Below, piece by piece: positions 58,265 through 64,000 of a DNA stretch of 64,000 nt. Origin of the DNA: Octopus vulgaris (taxonomy: Eukaryota); the NCBI GenBank assembly GCA_951406725.2, contig OX597840.1, positions 26,970,001 to 27,034,000 of the forward strand, in the 5' to 3' direction. Numbering within the stretch: position 1 is the stretch's first letter; each line of letters opens with the position of its first letter. A model generated the notes under the pieces. It saw only the letters and a list, made by a program, of their open reading frames with translations, had not been told where the DNA came from and ran no database searches. Both the position numbers and the translations under genes were made by a program.

Positions 58265-58701
58265 ATATGTATATATATATATATATGTATATGTATATAT
58301 ATGTATATATATATGTATATATATATGTATATATATATATGTATATATATATATGTATATATATATGTATGTGTGTATATATAACATATATATGCATACA
58401 TATACATATGTGTTTGTTTAGGTATGTGTGTGCGCGTGTATGTGTGTGTGGTAAACAGGTGTATATGAGCTTAAGGCGTTAGAGTTGTATCAGTTCATTT
58501 AAGTTCACTGTGTTATTACTGCGTGTCTACTGTAACGTAACAAGTTGTCGGCACTATGACCCCCCATGTGAAGACGCTTGGTGAACGGAGCGAGATTAAC
58601 GCTTCGAACATTGCTCTTCGTCGGAAAGGAGAAAAGAAAAAAATACAAAGAAGGAGCAGAAGAAGAAATCGGCATCGGATCACGTTGCAATATATACATA
58701 C

Positions 58702-58840
<139 letters not shown>

Positions 58841-59662
58841 TATTATAATACTGTTTGATCGTTCGTTCACACGTTATGCTTTAGTTTGTTAGAGAGAAGG
58901 GGAGTTACGGTGTAAGTGAAAGGTGGAATAAGAGTGACAGAAAGTGGGGGGAGACAGACTGTAAGGGAGAGGGAGGGGGAGGGAGATAGAAGATAGCCAC
59001 TTCCGGTGATCACCTGACAGCATTGTTAGCTGAAGTGAGAGGTGAAGATAAAGATGAAGAAAGAAATATCAACGTTGTAAAAGAAAAGAGCGAATTTACA
59101 TGGTTCAAAATTGCGTTGAAGGGGTAGAGAGATGTAGAAAGAGAGAGACTGAGACACAGATAGAGTTAGAAGTAGAGAGAAAAAGACGGTACGGGAGAAT
59201 AAAGAGAGAGAAAAAGACAGAACGGGAGAATAAAGAGAGAGACAAATATATAGCGTTTTTCAGAGGAAAATTTTTAAATCATACAATATATTATTATGAC
59301 TAGAAGTTCAAATAACTTGGCAAAATAGCCGTGGATGTTACTTTTCCTACAATGGAATTGAAACTAGTCACGTACATAAAATCATTACGTGTATTCCCCG
59401 TATCGTTTTTGTGTTCAGGAATTGTAGATAATGTAAGGTAATTATATTGAAATTGAAGTTTCCTTAGAATTAAAGACTAACGAATGATAAATGCATTGAG
59501 CATTGTATAGAACGCCATTGTCTATCTTATGGGTCATTCATTGCAGAGGCAACGTTCGGATTTATAAAAAAATAAATAAATCACCCTTTCTTTCTTAAAT
59601 AGTGTCTTTTAATTTCTTTCTCGTTTCGCGAAAGTTCCACGGCTCCCGCGAGAACATATCCT

Positions 59663-59721
59663 TACATACATACATACATACATATATGTATGCATATATA
59701 TATACATATATATATACGTAC

Positions 59722-59786
<65 letters not shown>

Positions 59787-59875
59787 CGTATATATGTATA
59801 TATATACGTATACGTATATATATATATATATATATGTATGTATATATACGTATATATATATATACGTATATATAC

Positions 59876-59913
<38 letters not shown>

Positions 59914-60087
59914 GTACGTATATATATATATATATATATATACGTATATATATACGTATATATATACGTATATATATATATATATATATATATACGTATA
60001 TATACGTATATATATACGTATATATATATATATATGTAAGTATATATATATATATATATATACGTATATATATATACGTATATATAC

Positions 60088-60129
<42 letters not shown>

Positions 60130-60395
60130 GTACACATATATATATACGTATATATATATATATATATACGTACATATATATATACATTCATATACAGATA
60201 CGTATTTATGTATATAGATATACGTATATGTGTATGTATGTGTAATTATGTGGCAATTCATTAGATCTGGTATCGTGTTTTGAAAGCGAAGCAGACAATT
60301 ATATCCTAGAAACGTATGAAAGCTTAAGAGCTATCATACATACCCCAACGCGCGCCAACACACCAACACATACATACATACACATACATCTATAC

Positions 60396-60427
<32 letters not shown>

Positions 60428-60448
60428 GCATGCATGTATATATATATC

Positions 60449-60545
<97 letters not shown>

Positions 60546-60574
60546 GGTGAGTGGCATCATGTTTTTATTTTGAT

Positions 60575-60623
<49 letters not shown>

Positions 60624-60691
60624 TATACATATATATATATAAATATATACTATATATATATATATAAATATATACATATATATATATATAA

Positions 60692-60740
<49 letters not shown>

Positions 60741-60795
60741 TGCATGTATATATATATATAAATATATACATACATACATATATACACACATATAT
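59663..60795. repeat. (TA)n arrays, the first punctuated by recurrent TACGTA
   Basis: Direct inspection. Confidence 0.93.
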
Positions 60796-61346
60796 ACAGT
60801 ACATTTTTAACGCAAACGTCTTCGTCTCTATGCCGCCGCCACAAAACCCCTTCTGTCTCTTCATCAGAAGTTTTCCTGTTTATTTCACATCCTTTTATCT
60901 ATTTCTGCTTCATCTTCTCTCTCCTCACGGATTATCCATGCGAGATCATTTTCTCCGAGACGTCTTAGCTCGACCTTCTATAATCCCTATCTCCCATTAG
61001 TTTTTTTTTACATTCTTACTAGCTTTTCTATATTTTTTTCCCCTTTTTCTTATCTTCTAAAATAATCTACCTTTTGTTGTATAACCTGTTGCTTTGTCTG
61101 GAGACACGAAAACGGTTTTTATCTAATTCGAATATTCTTGCTTCCTAGATATTTCCATGGTTATATTCTTCGTTCGACATCAATGTTGTCCTACACTAAA
61201 GGCTTTAAAATGGCTTCCTACATGCTTATATACTTGTTAAAGGATGCCTGCCTATCTTCCCTTTATACAGATAAATACAATAATCCAGAGATTCAATTGC
61301 CTACCAAGCGATTTTTATCTAAGAGCGTGTGTTCTCTCTCCCTTTT

Positions 61347-61945
61347 GTGGAGGCTCATGGCCTAATGGTTGGAGCAGCGGACACGCGGTCGAGGGATCGC
61401 GGGTTCAAATCTCAGACCGGGCGATGTGTGTGTTTATGAACGAAACACCTAGGCTCCATGCGGCTCCCACAGAAGGTAATGGCGAATTCTGCTGACTCTT
61501 TTACCACAACTTTCTCTCACTCTTTCCTCCTGCATCTTGCAGCTCACCTGCGATGGACTGGCGTCCCGTCCAGGTGCGGAACCTATACGCCAAGGAAACC
61601 AGGAAACTGGCCCTTACGAGCCAGGCATGGCTCGAGATATACGTAGTGGAGGCACATGGCCTAGTGGTTAGAGCAGCGGACCTGCGGTCGAGGGATCGCG
61701 GGTTCGAATCTCAGACCGGGCGATGTGTGTGTTTATGAACGAAACACCTAGGCTCCATGCGGCTCCCACAGAAGGTAATGGCGAATTCTGCTGACTCTTT
61801 CACCACAACTTTCTCTCACTCTTTCCTCCTGCATCTTGCAGCTCACCAGTAACGGACCGGTGTCCCGTCCAGGCGGGGAACCTATACGCCAAGAAAACCG
61901 GGGAACCGGCCCTTATGAGCCAGGCATGGCTCGAGAAGGAGTAAA
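61347..61945 (+). mobile_element. Tandem dimer of a SINE with C-like head and V-domain-like tail
   Basis: Units 61347-61637 and 61646-61945; ctgcgatggactggcgtcccgtccagg tail shared with the 20143 element. Confidence 0.88.
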
Positions 61946-62017
61946 ACAAAACAAAAAAACAAAGAGCGTGTCTTGGAATTAAAACAGTTATAGTATGAGC
62001 GATACATATTAAAAACT

Positions 62018-62350
62018 GGTACTCCGTCGATTGCGACGACGACGTGTCTCTGTTGATCCGATCAACGGAACAGCTTTCTCGTGAAATTAACGTCCAGGTG
62101 GCTGAGTGAACCACAGACACGCGTGCGTGTAAAGTAGTTCTCTGGGAGATTCAGCTTGACACAAAATGTAATAGCGCTGACCCTTTGACATACGGGTACT
62201 ACCCATTTTTTTTTTTTTTGTCAACTAAGCAGACTGAAGCAACGTGGAATAAAGTGTCTTGCTCAAGGATACAACGCGCCGCCGGGAATCGAACGCATGA
62301 CCTTTATGATCGTGAACCGAATACCCTAATCATTAAGCCACGTGTCTTCA
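62018..62350 (-). mobile_element. Degenerate SINE, D head + C tail
   Basis: Reverse complement of the 27331-type element. Confidence 0.8.
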
Positions 62351-62373
62351 CATAAGACATATATTGGACATTC

Positions 62374-62965
62374 AAGCGGCGAGCTGGCAGAAACGTTAGC
62401 ACGCTGGGCGAAATGCTTAGCGATATTTCGTCTGTATTTACGTTCTGAGTTCAAATTCCGCCGAGGTCGACTTTGCCTTTCATTCTTTCGGGGTCGATTA
62501 AATAAGTACTAGTTACGCACTGGGGTCGATATATTCAATATAATCCGTTTGTCTGTCCTTGTTTGTCCCCTCTGTGTTTAGCCCCTTGTGGGTAGTAAAG
62601 AAATAGGTATTTCATCTGCCGCTACGTTCTTAGTTCAAATTCCGCCGAGGTCGACTTTGCCTTTCATCCTTTCGGGGTCGATTAAATAAGTACTAGTTAC
62701 GCACTGGGGTCGATATAATCGATATAATCAACTTAATCCGTTTGTCTGTCCTTGTTTGTCCCCTCTGTGTGTAGCCCCTTGTGGGCAGTAAAGAAATAGT
62801 TAATTTATCCCTCTTTACGTTCTGAGTTCAAATTCCCCCGGGGTCGGCTTTGCTGTTCATCCTTTCGGGGGTCGATAACATAAGCACCAGCAGAGTACCG
62901 GGATCGATGTAATCGATTTGCTCTCCCACCCCACCCCACAAACATGCTGGCTTTGAGCCAAAACT
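62374..62965 (+). mobile_element. SINE-B with tandemly repeated body (three units)
   Basis: tacgttct.agttcaaattcc...ggggtcgat at about 62440, 62622 and 62816. Confidence 0.88.
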
Positions 62966-63259
62966 AGAAAACAATATTATAACATGTTAGAGGCAGGAAT
63001 ATTATTTCGAAATTAGTTCGTATCATCTTTATATTTGCTTTCATCTTATTGCAGCCCTCAGACTGCGGGGTTCCAGAGGCACCGCCTTTGAAGGAGTTTT
63101 GAAGAATAAATCGACCCCTGTGCTGGCACTTATGCGATCGATCGGTGGTGGTGGTGGTGGTGGTGATGGTGGTGCAGCTAGAGGGGGTGGGGCGTGTTAG
63201 GAAATATCTAGAAGTATCTGCAACAGCAATGAATGAAAAGGCGGAGAGATACAGCTGCA

Positions 63260-63779
63260 TTTGTTGTTGTTGTTGTTGGTGGTGGTGGAGGTAGTGGTGG
63301 TGGTGGTGGTGGTAGTGGTGGTAGTGGTGGTAGTGGTGGTAGTGGTGGTGGTGGTGGTAGTGTTGACGACAAAGTCGACGAGAAACGGCGAGGATGAAGT
63401 TGACGATGATGACGAGGATGATGATGGTGATGGTTGTGGTGTGGATGATGATGATGATGATGCTGATGATCATAATGACAATGATGATGATTACGAACGT
63501 GATGTTGAAGATGATGCTGGCAAAAATGATGATAATGGTGGAGGAGAATGAGGAGGAGAAGGACGAGGATGGTGACGATGAAGATGATGATGATGATGAT
63601 AATGATGATTATGAAAATGAGGATAAAGAGGATGATAATGAACGAAGATGAATGATGATGATTATGACGACGATAATGATCATGATGATGATGACAGTGG
63701 TGGTAGCAGTTGTAGTGGTGGTGGTGGTGGTGACGATGATTATGATAAAGACAATGGTGATGATGTTTACATTGTTGAT

Positions 63780-63810
<31 letters not shown>

Positions 63811-63882
63811 ATGACGATGATGATGATTTTGATGATGATGATGACGACGGTGATGGCGATGATGACGATGACGTTGATGATG
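63260..63882. repeat. (GTT/GGT/GAT)n compound microsatellite
   Basis: Direct inspection. Confidence 0.95.
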
Positions 63883-64000
63883 TTTCTGTTGTCTTTTTTC
63901 TTTTCTTTTTTTTGTGGAAACGGAACAGTCGTGGGAAATAAATCAACAACTATCGATTTTAACCAGACGAATTCCAGTCTCTATCAGTTTGGTAATTGCT

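Noticed and set aside
58990-59010. ETS-like cacttccggt promoter motif
   Set aside because: A single short motif with no associated gene evidence

Overview
Gene-poor, repeat-dominated eukaryotic DNA. The very high (TA)n/(CA)n/(CATA)n/trinucleotide microsatellite load and the tRNA-derived SINE repertoire look like an octopus (coleoid cephalopod) intron or intergenic region; this taxon call is inference. No intact protein-coding gene is present, and almost all supplied ORFs are translated microsatellites or SINEs. Recognisable content: many copies of four locally named SINE families (A-D) with interchangeable heads and tails; decayed fragments of three LINE types (CR1-group 3' end, restriction-like-endonuclease LINE, L1/Tx1-like RT); a Tc1 transposase pseudogene split by a triple-headed SINE; a non-autonomous Helitron; and a 29/87-bp minisatellite. 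The most notable signal is about eight short, mostly (TA)n-associated elements carrying complete or half minimal type-I hammerhead-ribozyme motifs with palindromic stem III (Penelope-like). One has an intact catalytic core (37478-37564, minus strand), and several are fold-back palindromes whose axis lies in hammerhead stem II. Also notable are a LINE 3' UTR that matches the SINE-A tail with a conserved hairpin, and microsatellite-anchored templated or fold-back copies. Coordinates of degenerate repeats are approximate.
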